Shown here: positions 8,895 through 19,988 of the stretch, in pieces
Layout: each line of letters opens with the position of its first letter
Position numbering within the stretch: position 1 is the stretch's first letter
Origin: Nematocida ausubeli
Taxonomy: Eukaryota
Length of the DNA stretch: 64,000 nt
Direction: 5' to 3'
Assembly (NCBI RefSeq): GCF_000738915.1
Contig: NW_026515634.1
Span: forward strand, 62,001 to 126,000
Notes under the pieces: model-generated
Told to the model about the DNA's origin: nothing
The model's input: only the letters and a program-made list of their open reading frames with translations
The model's database searches: none
Translations under genes and position numbers: made by a program

Positions 8895-11561
8895 TTAAAG
8901 AATGCTTACAACTTTGTTAAACTTTTCAATATCATCTTCACTTCTACATATCTGGTCCTTCAGATTGTTGAGCGTTTGCATAACCCGGTTATATATACCA
9001 TTTGTATTAACAAACCATGAACATTCGTGTGTGATGTATTCAGACTCATCAATCATGCATAGGTTTCTCCTAATAAGGGCTGCATCTGGATTCTCTTCTG
9101 CACAGAGGTACACCAGCCATATAAAGTGCAGATGGGATATTATCCGATCTGCCTTAGAAGCACACCTTTTTATTATAAGCATATCAATTTCATTTGAAAG
9201 CTTCATATCCCTATTTTTAAATATGTATTGGAAAATACTTCTGTTCAATGCGCTCATTAGTAATGGATGACTGGATTCGAGTGATCTGTCGAAATAGTCC
9301 ATAAAATAGCCGATCCATGCAATGAAAACATCCATATCAGCATCTAGAATGAAGTCAAGGTAGTATTCAAGGTTTGTATGGTATGTAAAAAAAATATATC
9401 TCGGCTGGCCTAGCTGCATTCTAGGGAAGCAGCCTGGATTGTTTTTTTTAGATTCGAGCCCTGCATACACAATTGCAGGGAATAGAATTATCTGTGTGGA
9501 CGGGTTTTTTAGCTCGGTGCTTCCTAGTATGTTAGAGACAAAACGGATAATGGGATGGTTAGGAGATAGGTTTTGGGTCATGCTGTATAAAATAGAGCAA
9601 GATAATATGTCCTTTTTGTACAAAAGGTCATTGATTTTCTTCACCAGAAGGAGCCTATTGATCTCAGAAAAGTTGCTTTGGACAACTTTGCGAACCTGTT
9701 CTTTAATCAACACTATATTATTGTTACGAGTGTCAATATTTCTTATTTCATAGTTAATGTATGTAGTAAACAGATTTTCAATAAACGCAGTATCATTTTT
9801 AGATTTGTCAGCTATTTCATTCATTTTCTCCATTCGATCATCCTTGAACATCATAACAGCGGGACTCATGCCAATACTGCTATGATTTTCAGATATATCC
9901 AAGACTATCGTGTTCTTAATATTGTTATGCTCAAATATGATAGTGATGCAGCCAGATATGTCATATCTCCCATTATGATATTCATCAATTGAAAGGTCAG
10001 CAAATTCTATCTCTATATTACTTGTCTTGGATAGACGTTTAAGCAGTTCTTCGGCGTACTCTTTAATGTCATCACATAATTCATTGTCCAGCTCTCCCTC
10101 TTTTTCCTTTAAACTCTGTGCAAAGCCAAGTATCTTTTTCTTTTCTTCTTTAGAAATATTTACTATTTCAGCAATAACCAAGAGCATGTTTATAAGACCG
10201 CAGTCTAGCTCGTTTCTATCCCTGCAGTATGCAATTCTAGGCTCGTCTAAGCACGCAACAACATTGCACCACCTTATCTGGAACTCTGCCTTTGTTGTGT
10301 CGAATGACTTGTTCTCTTCGGGAGCGAAGAATTCTTTCAGACTTTCAGAGACATTCCCCATATGATCAGTTTTATATGTGAAGTCAGATGGGTCATAGGC
10401 AAGGCAGCAAAAGAGAGAAAGAATCATGCACTCTACACAGTTGCTGTACTTCTCTAAATTTTCAGTAGAGAATGCTTTTGTTTTTGGGTCGCGCATAGGA
10501 ACAGATGTGTATGCAGGGATCTGTGTACTGTCTATAAATGGGAAGACTCGATACTTATTTAAAATCTCTTGAGTTTCTTTCATTAAGGCCATAGAAACTG
10601 TGTCTGTTTCTGTACTGGTAGGCTTAAACAGTCTGTCATACACACAGCCACCTTTACTTGGTGATTCTGTGTGTGGAGCATATTTCTCTGTCATTTCGTG
10701 CACTGTCTGAATAAACTCTTTTGCCCGCTGTGCAGTGTCTATAAACCCAAATATGTACGATTGGATCAGAAACTTAGGACTGTCCAGAAACTTTCCTGTA
10801 GAAAACTCATCCAGTGAGCACTTGTCTACCATCATGCTAAGTACTTCATGATTGGTTGCATTCTTCTGGAAGAAAATGATCATTTGCTTAACTTTCTTCT
10901 GTTGGAATGTTTGTACTTTGTCTTCCACAGGGTTTAGCCATGGAATTTCCATGGGCACTTCGAAGTATATTTCATCTTTTTTGCTTGGTTCATAGACCTT
11001 CAGTACAGTGTTACTGACTTTAATGGGAATATTCACTCCCTCAGAAAAAAGAAGCAGCATAGCCAGAATCTGTAATGCATGCTTCTCTGTTGTCTTTGCT
11101 CGCAAAAACTGAATGAAGGACTGGTTACCTCGTGTCTCTATAGTTATGTCACCAGTTGGAGATGGAAACAGCTCAATCAGATGATTATGGTACTTTTCAG
11201 CGTATTCATCCATTTTATTGTCTGTTAGTGCTTTGTATGCGGCATCTTGGTTTTCATTTCTGGCAAACACACAGATATCATATGGGCTAGCAGCCTTTGG
11301 GTCTTCCTTTACATTATAGTCTATATCTATCTGCGGTGCAAAAAATCTTTTGTTGTACATATACTCCATTTTTTGGTAGATGTATCCCCGAAGGAAGTTA
11401 AGAGGGCCCTCAGGATTTATTCTTATAGGTGTTGCATCTGCTGCAATTTCAAACTGCAGAGCGGCCTCCACTTCATCCAATGTCATGTCTGCTCTAGATA
11501 TATTCATCATTAGAACACTGATTAAGGCAACTGCCTTGATCCAAATAACCGAAAAAATCAT
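8895..11561 (-). CDS. Nematocida large-gene-family-type secreted protein (~888 aa)
   Basis: Signal peptide from ATG 11561 (MIFSVIWIKAVALISVLMMNISRA); shares motifs GPLN, KRFF.P.I, LFPS..G, LLL.SEG, LFCCLAYDP with 47391-50123. Confidence 0.8.
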   Translation of the reverse strand: MIFSVIWIKAVALISVLMMNISRADMTLDEVEAALQFEIAADATPIRINPEGPLNFLRGYIYQKMEYMYNKRFFAPQIDIDYNVKEDPKAASPYDICVFARNENQDAAYKALTDNKMDEYAEKYHNHLIELFPSPTGDITIETRGNQSFIQFLRAKTTEKHALQILAMLLLFSEGVNIPIKVSNTVLKVYEPSKKDEIYFEVPMEIPWLNPVEDKVQTFQQKKVKQMIIFFQKNATNHEVLSMMVDKCSLDEFSTGKFLDSPKFLIQSYIFGFIDTAQRAKEFIQTVHEMTEKYAPHTESPSKGGCVYDRLFKPTSTETDTVSMALMKETQEILNKYRVFPFIDSTQIPAYTSVPMRDPKTKAFSTENLEKYSNCVECMILSLFCCLAYDPSDFTYKTDHMGNVSESLKEFFAPEENKSFDTTKAEFQIRWCNVVACLDEPRIAYCRDRNELDCGLINMLLVIAEIVNISKEEKKKILGFAQSLKEKEGELDNELCDDIKEYAEELLKRLSKTSNIEIEFADLSIDEYHNGRYDISGCITIIFEHNNIKNTIVLDISENHSSIGMSPAVMMFKDDRMEKMNEIADKSKNDTAFIENLFTTYINYEIRNIDTRNNNIVLIKEQVRKVVQSNFSEINRLLLVKKINDLLYKKDILSCSILYSMTQNLSPNHPIIRFVSNILGSTELKNPSTQIILFPAIVYAGLESKKNNPGCFPRMQLGQPRYIFFTYHTNLEYYLDFILDADMDVFIAWIGYFMDYFDRSLESSHPLLMSALNRSIFQYIFKNRDMKLSNEIDMLIIKRCASKADRIISHLHFIWLVYLCAEENPDAALIRRNLCMIDESEYITHECSWFVNTNGIYNRVMQTLNNLKDQICRSEDDIEKFNKVVSIL

Positions 11562-12148
11562 TTTATAAATAGAATAAATTATTTTCAATATATATATTAA
11601 CGGATAGATGTAAGGGGTACAAGTTATTTGCTTATTGATCCACCAGCTGTATGTATTAATCAACAGTTTTTATTAAAAATTGTCCAGTATAACCCGAAAT
11701 ATCCATGAGTATTTAAATCATGATTGGTAAAACATTTAATTAGTCAGCGCTGCACCAGTAAATGATCTACTCTCTAAGGTCCAATCATAGAATCTCTAAG
11801 CGATCCAATCGAATAACCAGAAGTAGTTTGTTATCCTGCAGAAAATTAAAAGCTTAAATATACTCATGCATTACAAGTAAATTTTATATAAGAAAAGAGC
11901 AGCTCCATAAGGATTTACTCGCTTAAATATAAACCTGGCTAGCCAGAAAAAATATTCTGCTAGGAGCTGGATTATATTTTATCTATAGCGCGTATGGGGA
12001 GAAAGGGCCTAATACAAGGGAATAAATATAAAAGCAGACCGGGTGCACACTAATGCTTCTTTATTATTTTCTGCTTTATGTTTTCTGTATACTCGCATGA
12101 AGACTTGAGTATACGTGTCTATTCTTTTCCTATATGCACACGAGCTCG

Positions 12149-13663
12149 CTAGTAGGAGCCTTTTTCAAAGCCGCATGCCTCGCAAACTGTCCGGCCTGCG
12201 GGGTTTTCCAGAGTGCATACATTGCATGCCCATGCGGTTTTCTCTCTGCAGTCCTTTGCAATATCTACAAGCTCCTCTAGCTTCCCATTTAGCACATCGT
12301 CTTTAAACCTTTCAGAGTCCGCAAGAGAAACACATGCTGCAAGCTCGTCTGAGAGAACACCCATGTCTGCCAGCTCTAAGAGCACCTCTATATCTGATAC
12401 GGATCTCAGGCTCACCTGACATATGGATTCATCAGACAGCCGCTTCTGAAAGTGTTTTTTTAGTTTGCTCAGCCCCATGCCCCGTCTAAAAGGGCTCTTT
12501 TCTGCGTTTATACAGAATATGCCTCTATTTTGGGTAAGCCCGTGCGTTGGGCGCACAGCCAGATACTCCACAGGTATTCTGCTGCCTGTGTGCGACCCCT
12601 CTTTGTCCCTCCATGTTACATCCACCGACTTGGCAGACATTTCAAGAGGATTTACAGATGCCTGCAGAAGACCGTCCAAAGCAAGCTCCATCCCAAGGTG
12701 GGTGACCATGCACTCAAGTATTTCAGATGATGATGAAGTTCCGCTGAGGATCAGCGTTACGAACTTGGACCCTTTTCTTTCCTCAGCAGCCCACTCAGCA
12801 AATCGGTTCTGCATCTCTGCAATAAATGCTATCTCCAGGGCAGTTATGTATGGCGTCGGGTCGTTTGTTATTCTTGTGTACACCATCCCAACTATCTCCA
12901 TTTGCAGTAGATCCAGAACTCTCTTCAGAGATTCGTCAGAACCTGTCAGCATTTTGTCATTTGGATCTATGATGAAACCATCCACCAGCCCTTTTTGGTT
13001 TGGTGTGATTGTGGTAAATACCTCTGCTTTTCGGCCATTTGGCACGTCGGCATACTCTGAGTATCGCCCAACCAGAAAATGGACTGACTGCACATTCATC
13101 TCTTTCTGCTCAATGAGAATTTGCTCCAGGATTCCTCTGTCGTGCACCTCAATGTGGTCTATTGGTCTAAACGGCTGCTGGCCAAGAGAGATCTCCTTTG
13201 GCAGGCACTTATTGCACCGGTGCTCTGGGCGATGGGTGCGGCAGGCAGGCGGCAGATGTGTTTCAATCAGAAGTGTCTTTTCCTTTGACGCTAGGTACTC
13301 TTCATATGCACCCTGCGAGATAAACCTCCGCTCCTTGAACTGATCTGACACCCAGGAGTCTTCTGCCATGCAATTGCTGCACATACCAGATGGCCCGTGG
13401 CTGCACAGCGTGTTTTTTTCGTCCAAAGACGGCTCCCTCTCCTCCTCAGCAGGCTTCTCAACCTCATACTCAGCAGAGAGCATCTCTCCATTCTCTAGGC
13501 CATTTTCACCTACTGTTCCATCTATGCTCTTTCCATTGTGCATGATGTCGGTGCATAGCGAATTCACCCGCTTGGCCACCTCTTCTTTTATCTGTGCAAT
13601 TGTTGTGGTCTGCAGAACCTCAATTCGCATAGTTCTGTCTCTTCCTTGGACTCGAATAATCAT
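12149..13663 (-). CDS. NPL4: Npl4 (Cdc48/p97 cofactor)
   Basis: N-terminal UBL (MIIRVQGRD), CSHGPSGMCSNC and C..H.P...C.KC zinc motifs, QQPFRPIDHIE, MPN-like core, C-terminal NZF finger. Confidence 0.9.
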   Translation of the reverse strand: MIIRVQGRDRTMRIEVLQTTTIAQIKEEVAKRVNSLCTDIMHNGKSIDGTVGENGLENGEMLSAEYEVEKPAEEEREPSLDEKNTLCSHGPSGMCSNCMAEDSWVSDQFKERRFISQGAYEEYLASKEKTLLIETHLPPACRTHRPEHRCNKCLPKEISLGQQPFRPIDHIEVHDRGILEQILIEQKEMNVQSVHFLVGRYSEYADVPNGRKAEVFTTITPNQKGLVDGFIIDPNDKMLTGSDESLKRVLDLLQMEIVGMVYTRITNDPTPYITALEIAFIAEMQNRFAEWAAEERKGSKFVTLILSGTSSSSEILECMVTHLGMELALDGLLQASVNPLEMSAKSVDVTWRDKEGSHTGSRIPVEYLAVRPTHGLTQNRGIFCINAEKSPFRRGMGLSKLKKHFQKRLSDESICQVSLRSVSDIEVLLELADMGVLSDELAACVSLADSERFKDDVLNGKLEELVDIAKDCREKTAWACNVCTLENPAGRTVCEACGFEKGSY

Positions 13664-14373
13664 AAAAAAATAGTAAACAAATCGAAAATACTTAAAGATG
13701 CATGCAATATCTCTGCGGCTATTGGCAGACTGCTCTGCCGGCTATATATCTACCACCAGGGAGCAAGCCCCAGCGCATGCTCTCATTAATAATTGTTATT
13801 TTATTCCACAATTATTTGCAATGTGTGTCTGTAATAGAAGGCATGCTAGTAGACACAGAATATGATATGACAAGGGAAAGCTATATACATATTTCAATCT
13901 GTAAAAATGCATCTATTAATAAATATATACTGGCATAAGGGCATTCAGTGTTTTAAGACATTAGTTAAGACTTCTAGAAAGGGTGGGTTTTATTAAGAAG
14001 TGTATTCAAGTTTGCTCTAAACAAAAGTCCCTTCTCAGATGAGCTTTTCCTGCACATAGCTGTATCCCATTGAATAAGAGATAGAGTGGATGGAATTTAA
14101 GAACAGAATAGATCTTTGGCCAAATATAAATATTAATAAGCACATTTTTATTATATTTAAGCAGCAATTTGCCTGTGCCTATATAGTAAGTCTTTTGTAC
14201 TAGAAAGCGCTGTCTGTAATCTGGCCTCTTTTTAGCATGCACTATTTTCTAAAAGCTCCTTTGAGGTATATAGTTTATGTTTGACTGTTTCGTGATTTTA
14301 ATAGTCAGTGCAAGTTATGAAATAGTAATGCAGATATCTGCTAGTAATGGAATGACTGCATATACTGTTTAAA

Positions 14374-14967
14374 CTACTTCTTGCACCTTTTTTTGTTTGG
14401 CTTTGCCACTTTCTCCTCCAGCCTTTCTATCATTTGATTATACCGCTGCTGTCTCTCTTCTGCTCTTTTTTCTAAGTCCTTTGCAAGTATTTCAGCTGCC
14501 TCTCTTTCTCTTCTTCTTTTCTCTTGCCTTCTTTTGTTCATCATGAGCGGCTTTGCCTTTGCGTAGTCTTTAAACTCCTCTACTTTCTTGTCCTTGATCT
14601 GCTCATTAATTATTTGTCGGTACCTATCCTCCTGCTCATCCTCCCCAAGCATCATGGCGTCAATTACTTTTACCATGCGACCCTTGTGCTTTTTGTACAG
14701 GGCAATTATTTCGTCTTGCTCCTCTTGCGACCCTTCGTATATCTCCCTAAATCTGTCAAACATGTTCTTTGTGATTATCTCTCTGTCAGCTGCGTTTTTC
14801 TCCGTAAGCAGCTCATATGCCTGGTTGAGGCGGATAAACTGCTCCTCTGAGCCGCCAGGCCTGTCTGGGTGCATTTTCATCGACAGTTTCCTGTAGCTCT
14901 TGCGTATTTCTTCATGGCTGCTTTCTAGTGTGCATCCAAGTATCTCTGCTGCTTCTTCTCTTTTCAT
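14374..14967 (-). CDS. J-domain protein, DNAJC9-like
   Basis: HPD J-domain followed by YEGSQEEQDEIIALYKKHKGRM and a basic/acidic tail typical of DNAJC9. Confidence 0.8.
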   Translation of the reverse strand: MKREEAAEILGCTLESSHEEIRKSYRKLSMKMHPDRPGGSEEQFIRLNQAYELLTEKNAADREIITKNMFDRFREIYEGSQEEQDEIIALYKKHKGRMVKVIDAMMLGEDEQEDRYRQIINEQIKDKKVEEFKDYAKAKPLMMNKRRQEKRRREREAAEILAKDLEKRAEERQQRYNQMIERLEEKVAKPNKKRCKK

Positions 14968-15416
14968 ATAAAAATTCTATTTTCGTGGAGAAGATGTGCA
15001 TGCGAGATTTTCTTTTCTTACGACAGGCTGAGAGCTAGGCATAAAAATAATATGCTTAGGGCAAGGAATGCTATTCTTCCCTCTAGCTAGCTCAAAAAGA
15101 AGAAAACACATATCTATGTAGAACAAGCTGCAGCAAGCAGAGATATACCGTTTCTAGTAGAATTCGGATTATATCAGATTATATTCATGCAGATGTACTA
15201 TGAAGTTATCAAGACAACTATACTACTTATTGCAGCTGCATATAATTTGTTTGTATAAAAACGCGTTAAATACTGCTTTTAGAAATTAGCAGCACAGTGC
15301 ACTTATATGAGATAGTGCTCTTTCAATGCACAGGCATGCGTAAGAGTAGTCTTTTGCTAGAAGCAGCAAAATTATCCTAGAGAATGCACATAGTTTAAAA
15401 ACAGATTCACATAGAT

Positions 15417-16052
15417 TTATTTGTTCTTTTTTTCGCGCAAAGGCTCTTCTTCTTCTACTTTGTCCTCGCATTCATCCCATCCATACAAAGGCACGAAACT
15501 CTCTAAAACACCGCAATCTGCATAGAGATTTGGGAAAAGCCAGAAAGATCTTCTAGTTACCAGCCAGATGGATAAATAAATAACAACCCTAACAATCGTG
15601 ATTGCAATGAGGAATATTACTATGCCCATCAGCAGATAGAATAGATACCCCGTGCCCACTTTCACACTGCGCGGCCATATTGGGAACATTGCAAGAGCAA
15701 CAGCAGCAAAGAACAGCATAATGCTTATAAGATACATCATTGATTTTGACCCTTCTTTTAGCCAGATGTACTCATGGTTAATGTTGAACTCGTAGGAAAT
15801 GTCAAGGATGTGGTGCTCGTCAGAAGGCCTCACCCTTACAATATAGTGGTTGTCAAGGAGAATACCCATAACCTCCTTTGCCTCAGATGCAAGTAGGCCC
15901 TTTTTGCTCATCAGGTGCTTAACTGCATCGGAGCCTTTAAATATTGATATTCTCTTCATTTTATTTAGAATGGACTCAGTTGTGTCAATGTCCCGGAGGC
16001 TTTTTTCAGCAAACCCCGGTGTAAAGTGTCTTGGCGTGCTCATTTCAGCCAT
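15417..16052 (-). CDS. SEC62: Translocation protein Sec62
   Basis: FKGSDAV, YIW..EG, MFPIWP..V, FWLFPNLYADCGVLESFVPLYGW signature; two TM helices. Confidence 0.9.
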   Translation of the reverse strand: MAEMSTPRHFTPGFAEKSLRDIDTTESILNKMKRISIFKGSDAVKHLMSKKGLLASEAKEVMGILLDNHYIVRVRPSDEHHILDISYEFNINHEYIWLKEGSKSMMYLISIMLFFAAVALAMFPIWPRSVKVGTGYLFYLLMGIVIFLIAITIVRVVIYLSIWLVTRRSFWLFPNLYADCGVLESFVPLYGWDECEDKVEEEEPLREKKNK

Positions 16053-16081
16053 TATTTGTTTTAGAAAAAGAATTAATTAAT

Positions 16082-16564
16082 ATGCGTATATGCGTGCAAA
16101 ATGAATGCTGTCTCAGAATTTTGTCCTTTTTGAATGTTCTCAAGACATCGCCCCTTCAAAAAATAGAGCTAGAAAACATTCTATGCGAGATAAATAGGCT
16201 AATAACCATAGTTACCGCAAAGCAGGACATCCCATCAGTAGAGATAGAAAAAGTCAGTGAACAGAAGTTTGTAATTAAAAATACCCACATAGAGAAGGAG
16301 GAAGCAGGCGTGAAAATAGAAAAAACAGATATTCTGGAGCTGAAGGCATACTTTGAAGCACATCCAATAGACACGCTGGAGGAGGCCGCGGAGTATATAA
16401 AGGTGCTCTACGAGAACAGAATATGTATTGTCTGTCTTAGAAGGGCGTGTGCAATAACACTTACGGCCCCCTTGGTTGTTAGAAGAGTCAATGGCTCAGT
16501 GTTTGTGTATCACACAGAATGCGTAGAAGAAGGTAAAAGGAGAAGACTATACCCGAGTGAATAG
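16082..16564 (+). CDS. Hypothetical protein
   Basis: 160-aa ORF from ATG 16082; C-terminal C..C ... H..C possible zinc site. Confidence 0.55.
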   Translation: MRICVQNECCLRILSFLNVLKTSPLQKIELENILCEINRLITIVTAKQDIPSVEIEKVSEQKFVIKNTHIEKEEAGVKIEKTDILELKAYFEAHPIDTLEEAAEYIKVLYENRICIVCLRRACAITLTAPLVVRRVNGSVFVYHTECVEEGKRRRLYPSE

Positions 16565-16987
16565 AGCTGTGCAGTAAGAGAAACATGCAAGAGTAGGTTG
16601 CATGATGCATATGTAAATGGCTGTTGATCTCAAAGAGTCTGCTGAGTGCATCTATTCAAGATGGCCTCGCATGGAGAAAAATAGCAAGATATCAATGCTA
16701 GACAGCTGAAATAAGGCAGAAAAATGATTGATATATGCGGCTCTAGATCTCTTTCTGCCAGATCTCCCTGCATATATAGAAAGACTTAGAATTTAAAGAT
16801 AAAAGAGATGATATTGCCATGGACACCAACTTATCGCAAACGCAGCACCAAGCGTATTTGATGCCATATTAAAACAGGCTGCACTTAGTTTGCTTTTCCA
16901 GTGGGCCATAATGGCAGATGCATTATATTGCTAGAGTGGCATGGCAAATAAAGAAAAAAGAACAAAACAATTTATTATTTGTGGTGT

Positions 16988-17533
16988 ATGGGATTTATTG
17001 TCTCCAGGCTATACAAAGGGCAGTCTTTCTTTATTCTTATACTCAGGACAGGACTGCCGCCAGATGACTCAACAGCAAGCGAGTTTCTTTCTTCTTTCTT
17101 TTCCAGGTTTAAAATAACATATACATACAAAAACGAGTGCATATCATACAAAAAGCTAGTCCGAAAAGAGAAAAGCATCTCAATAATTGAAATGCACGAT
17201 GCAAACCACCTGCATCTCTTCTGGGACTGCATAACAGGAATGCACTCTGTCATATATTTTGTCCACTCTCTATCGAATGATAATGCACTCACAGTTATTG
17301 GGCAGATAAAGTGTGTCCGGGATGTAAATCAAGGGGCGTCTCTTCTACTTGTGGTTATCCAGAACCAGATGGAGGCGGAGGAGTACATGCTCTTTAAAAA
17401 AGGCCTGCAAAAAAGCCTTGATGGCGCGCTTTACCGAATTATAAACAGCACAGCAGAGTCCCCAAGCACGCCAACAGCGCATGTAGATGACATATTCCAG
17501 GAATTTTCGTGGGCTCTTAACCAAGCTGAGTGA
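16988..17533 (+). CDS. Degenerate Arf-like small GTPase-fold protein
   Basis: MG start and Arf-sized (181 aa); segments ILIL, LFWD, VIYFVHS, LLLVVIQNQ, FQEFSWAL echo Arf structural elements, but no P-loop. Confidence 0.5.
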   Translation: MGFIVSRLYKGQSFFILILRTGLPPDDSTASEFLSSFFSRFKITYTYKNECISYKKLVRKEKSISIIEMHDANHLHLFWDCITGMHSVIYFVHSLSNDNALTVIGQIKCVRDVNQGASLLLVVIQNQMEAEEYMLFKKGLQKSLDGALYRIINSTAESPSTPTAHVDDIFQEFSWALNQAE

Positions 17534-17875
17534 AATGCAAGAGTGCACTGTATTTATTCAGACCAGAAACCGCTAGAGGACTTCTAATCGCTATTGATTC
17601 GAGTTGTATAAACTGAATTTTGCTATTAATCAAAGCAGACTGAACTATCTATAAACAACACATACCTTCTAAGTATTTATTTTCATTTTTATTAAACTGT
17701 TTTATAAGCTAATTCTTCTTGTGCACTTATGCATGCCTAGCACTGTAAAAGTAGCTAGCCTATTTCTATATATCTGTGCTGCCAGCCAGAGAGTATTGGC
17801 AATATGCACGCAGTACATGTTATAGTTAGTGCTAAGTTAAATTAACTAGATGCCTATAAATATAATTTCTGCATT

Positions 17876-19084
17876 TTATTCTAATTTGGCCTGCTCGTCA
17901 GCGTCCTTATCCATATAGTCTATGTCTTTCACGCGGTATGCCACAATGTATCCTGCAGCGTGGTGCGGAGGAATAAATAGCGATCCTTTCCCATAGTAGA
18001 CATAATACCCGGGCTGGGTTATTTTTCCAGCTATTTCCCCTTCTTCATCAACTATGACAATTGGACCATCGTACAGGGACTGCACAATAAGAGCGTCTGA
18101 GTCTGTATTAAATGGATCATTGAGCAGCATGTACCCACCTTTGTTTATCCGCCCTACCAGTACATCTACGATAACATCAGACTTAACGAAGCTAAGGCCT
18201 AGTGGAAGTATTGTTATTTCGCCTGAGGGATCCTCCTCTGGCTCATCTAGTGACGTGTATACACAGTTGAGCCTCTTCTTCCACTGAAGGCCTGCAAGCA
18301 CTCCTGTTATTTCCTCAATCTGCTCAGCATCCTGTGCAGTGTCTATAGAGACCAAGTTAGAAGTAGTTACCTGCGGAATCATGGTCATATCTGTATCCTG
18401 GAAGATCCAGTACCTAAACGGCCTATAGTCTAGAAGTATGCTCTCAGGAAGGTGCCCGTCAGAATTGAGCCATCCTGTTAACGCCATTCTAGTGCCGCGC
18501 GTCATCATCTCGACCTCATGATACGACCGTCCAGAAACCTCAAATATCACAAGTCTATTCGCAATTGGCGCGATTCTTTTTGCAATAGTACGCCCGTCTG
18601 ATTCATAGAGCACAAGCGCACCGTTTTTCTCATTTGGATCTGTGCTCTCTTTCTTCTCGGCACCAGCTTCATCAGATGTGGATGCGAGCGGGTCATTTAA
18701 GTAGAAGGAAAACGCTAGAACCCTCTGGCCCACACAGTCATCGTGGGGCAGGAGAAAGTCTCCTGATTTGTATATGGAGGCAAAGAGATCCATCCTTTTC
18801 TCCTTTACCTCCTTTTTGATATTGCAAAGATCTATATCCATTTTGTCTTTCAAGAACTCAAGAAATGGCTGAAAAGACGCGTCGTTTTTTAGCTCATACG
18901 TTTGGTAGAAGTGAAAAAGGTCGGTGTTTTTTTTGAAGTACTCTCTGCTTAGTGCCTCTTGGTGCACTTTTTCAAATAGGTCCTGCGGCAGAAAGTTGTC
19001 TACTACTCTGTGGTAGAAAGGGGCCGAAAATTGTGCCCCTTTTTCCTTGGGGCTATCTCCTAACTCATTTTCGCGCTGTTTCAT
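17876..19084 (-). CDS. TPA1: Tpa1/OGFOD1-like 2OG-Fe(II) prolyl hydroxylase
   Basis: TDLFHFYQT, GDFLLPHDD (HxD), RVLAFSFYL, SYHEV, RMALTGW; ATG at 19084. Confidence 0.8.
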   Translation of the reverse strand: MKQRENELGDSPKEKGAQFSAPFYHRVVDNFLPQDLFEKVHQEALSREYFKKNTDLFHFYQTYELKNDASFQPFLEFLKDKMDIDLCNIKKEVKEKRMDLFASIYKSGDFLLPHDDCVGQRVLAFSFYLNDPLASTSDEAGAEKKESTDPNEKNGALVLYESDGRTIAKRIAPIANRLVIFEVSGRSYHEVEMMTRGTRMALTGWLNSDGHLPESILLDYRPFRYWIFQDTDMTMIPQVTTSNLVSIDTAQDAEQIEEITGVLAGLQWKKRLNCVYTSLDEPEEDPSGEITILPLGLSFVKSDVIVDVLVGRINKGGYMLLNDPFNTDSDALIVQSLYDGPIVIVDEEGEIAGKITQPGYYVYYGKGSLFIPPHHAAGYIVAYRVKDIDYMDKDADEQAKLE

Positions 19085-19190
19085 TAAAAAGAAAAAATTT
19101 CTGGGAGTGAATAAAGTAGAAAATGATTTGCTGATTCTATGGGGTAGAAATAGGAGAAAAAGTATAAATAGAAATGCAAATAAAGAAATC

Positions 19191-19988
19191 ATGCCAATAC
19201 AAGGAGGAGAATTAAATTACAACAAAGAAGAAAATAAGAAACCAGTAGATGACAAATCTAAGACTGACGACAAGTCCAAAGTCGATGACAAGTCCAAGAC
19301 TGGCGACAAGCCTAAGGTCGATGACAAGTCTAAGACCGGCGACAAGCCTAAGGTCGATGACAAGTCTAAGACTGAAGACAAGCCTAAGGTTGACGACAAA
19401 TCCAAGGTGGATGACAAGTCTAAGCTAGGCAAAGATGCAGCAGGTGCCACTGGAATATCATCTGCTACTGAGAAAAAGATAGACTCGCTTCTGCCAAAGA
19501 CACAGCCAACAAAGCCATCAGACGAGAAGCTTGAGTCCAGCAAGATTACGGATGCCACCAAAGCAACAGGAAGCATAGGCTCATCAAAGCCTAGCGATTC
19601 CAAAGGTCCCAGCGTGCCACCAAAGACTGGAGCAACAGGTCTTCCAAAGATGCCAATGGGTGCAGCAGGACCCACCACCAAGCCCCCAGGATCAGCCCCC
19701 TCGGGAAACGCACCGACCAGCACCAAGCCTCTCGCACCTGGTGCCAAAGGACCAGCCGGACAGCCAAGCAAGCCTTCAACTGGCTCAAAAGAAACTGGTG
19801 CTGCTGCATCATCATTGTCTGGTAGCTCGGCTCCAAGAAACCCAGAGAGCTCTCTTAATCGGGGCGCAATTGACTCCACCCAGGAGGATGACGAGTCTAA
19901 TGCTATCGTGCGGTTCTTCAGAAAGATCAAAAACGCTATTGCTGGCTTCTGCTGCCAAACCGAGGACAACATAAGACACGTGGCTTAA
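19191..19988 (+). CDS. Low-complexity repeat protein with C-terminal amphipathic helix and CC
   Basis: ATG at 19191; DDKSKT/GDKPKV repeats; Pro/Gly/Ser/Thr-rich middle; IVRFFRKIKNAIAGFCC. Confidence 0.75.
   Translation: MPIQGGELNYNKEENKKPVDDKSKTDDKSKVDDKSKTGDKPKVDDKSKTGDKPKVDDKSKTEDKPKVDDKSKVDDKSKLGKDAAGATGISSATEKKIDSLLPKTQPTKPSDEKLESSKITDATKATGSIGSSKPSDSKGPSVPPKTGATGLPKMPMGAAGPTTKPPGSAPSGNAPTSTKPLAPGAKGPAGQPSKPSTGSKETGAAASSLSGSSAPRNPESSLNRGAIDSTQEDDESNAIVRFFRKIKNAIAGFCCQTEDNIRHVA
19245..19425 (+). repeat. Coding tandem repeat, 18-bp subunits in a 36-bp period
   Basis: Repeated gtcgatgacaagtc(c/t)aagac(t/c)ggcgacaagcctaag encoding VDDKSKTGDKPK. Confidence 0.85.

Noticed and set aside
11937..11951. 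GGCTAGCCAGAAAAA also present at 34122-34136
   Set aside because: Only two copies, partly poly-A; no supporting context
19217..19972. 251-aa antisense ORF
   Set aside because: Mirror of the repetitive sense gene
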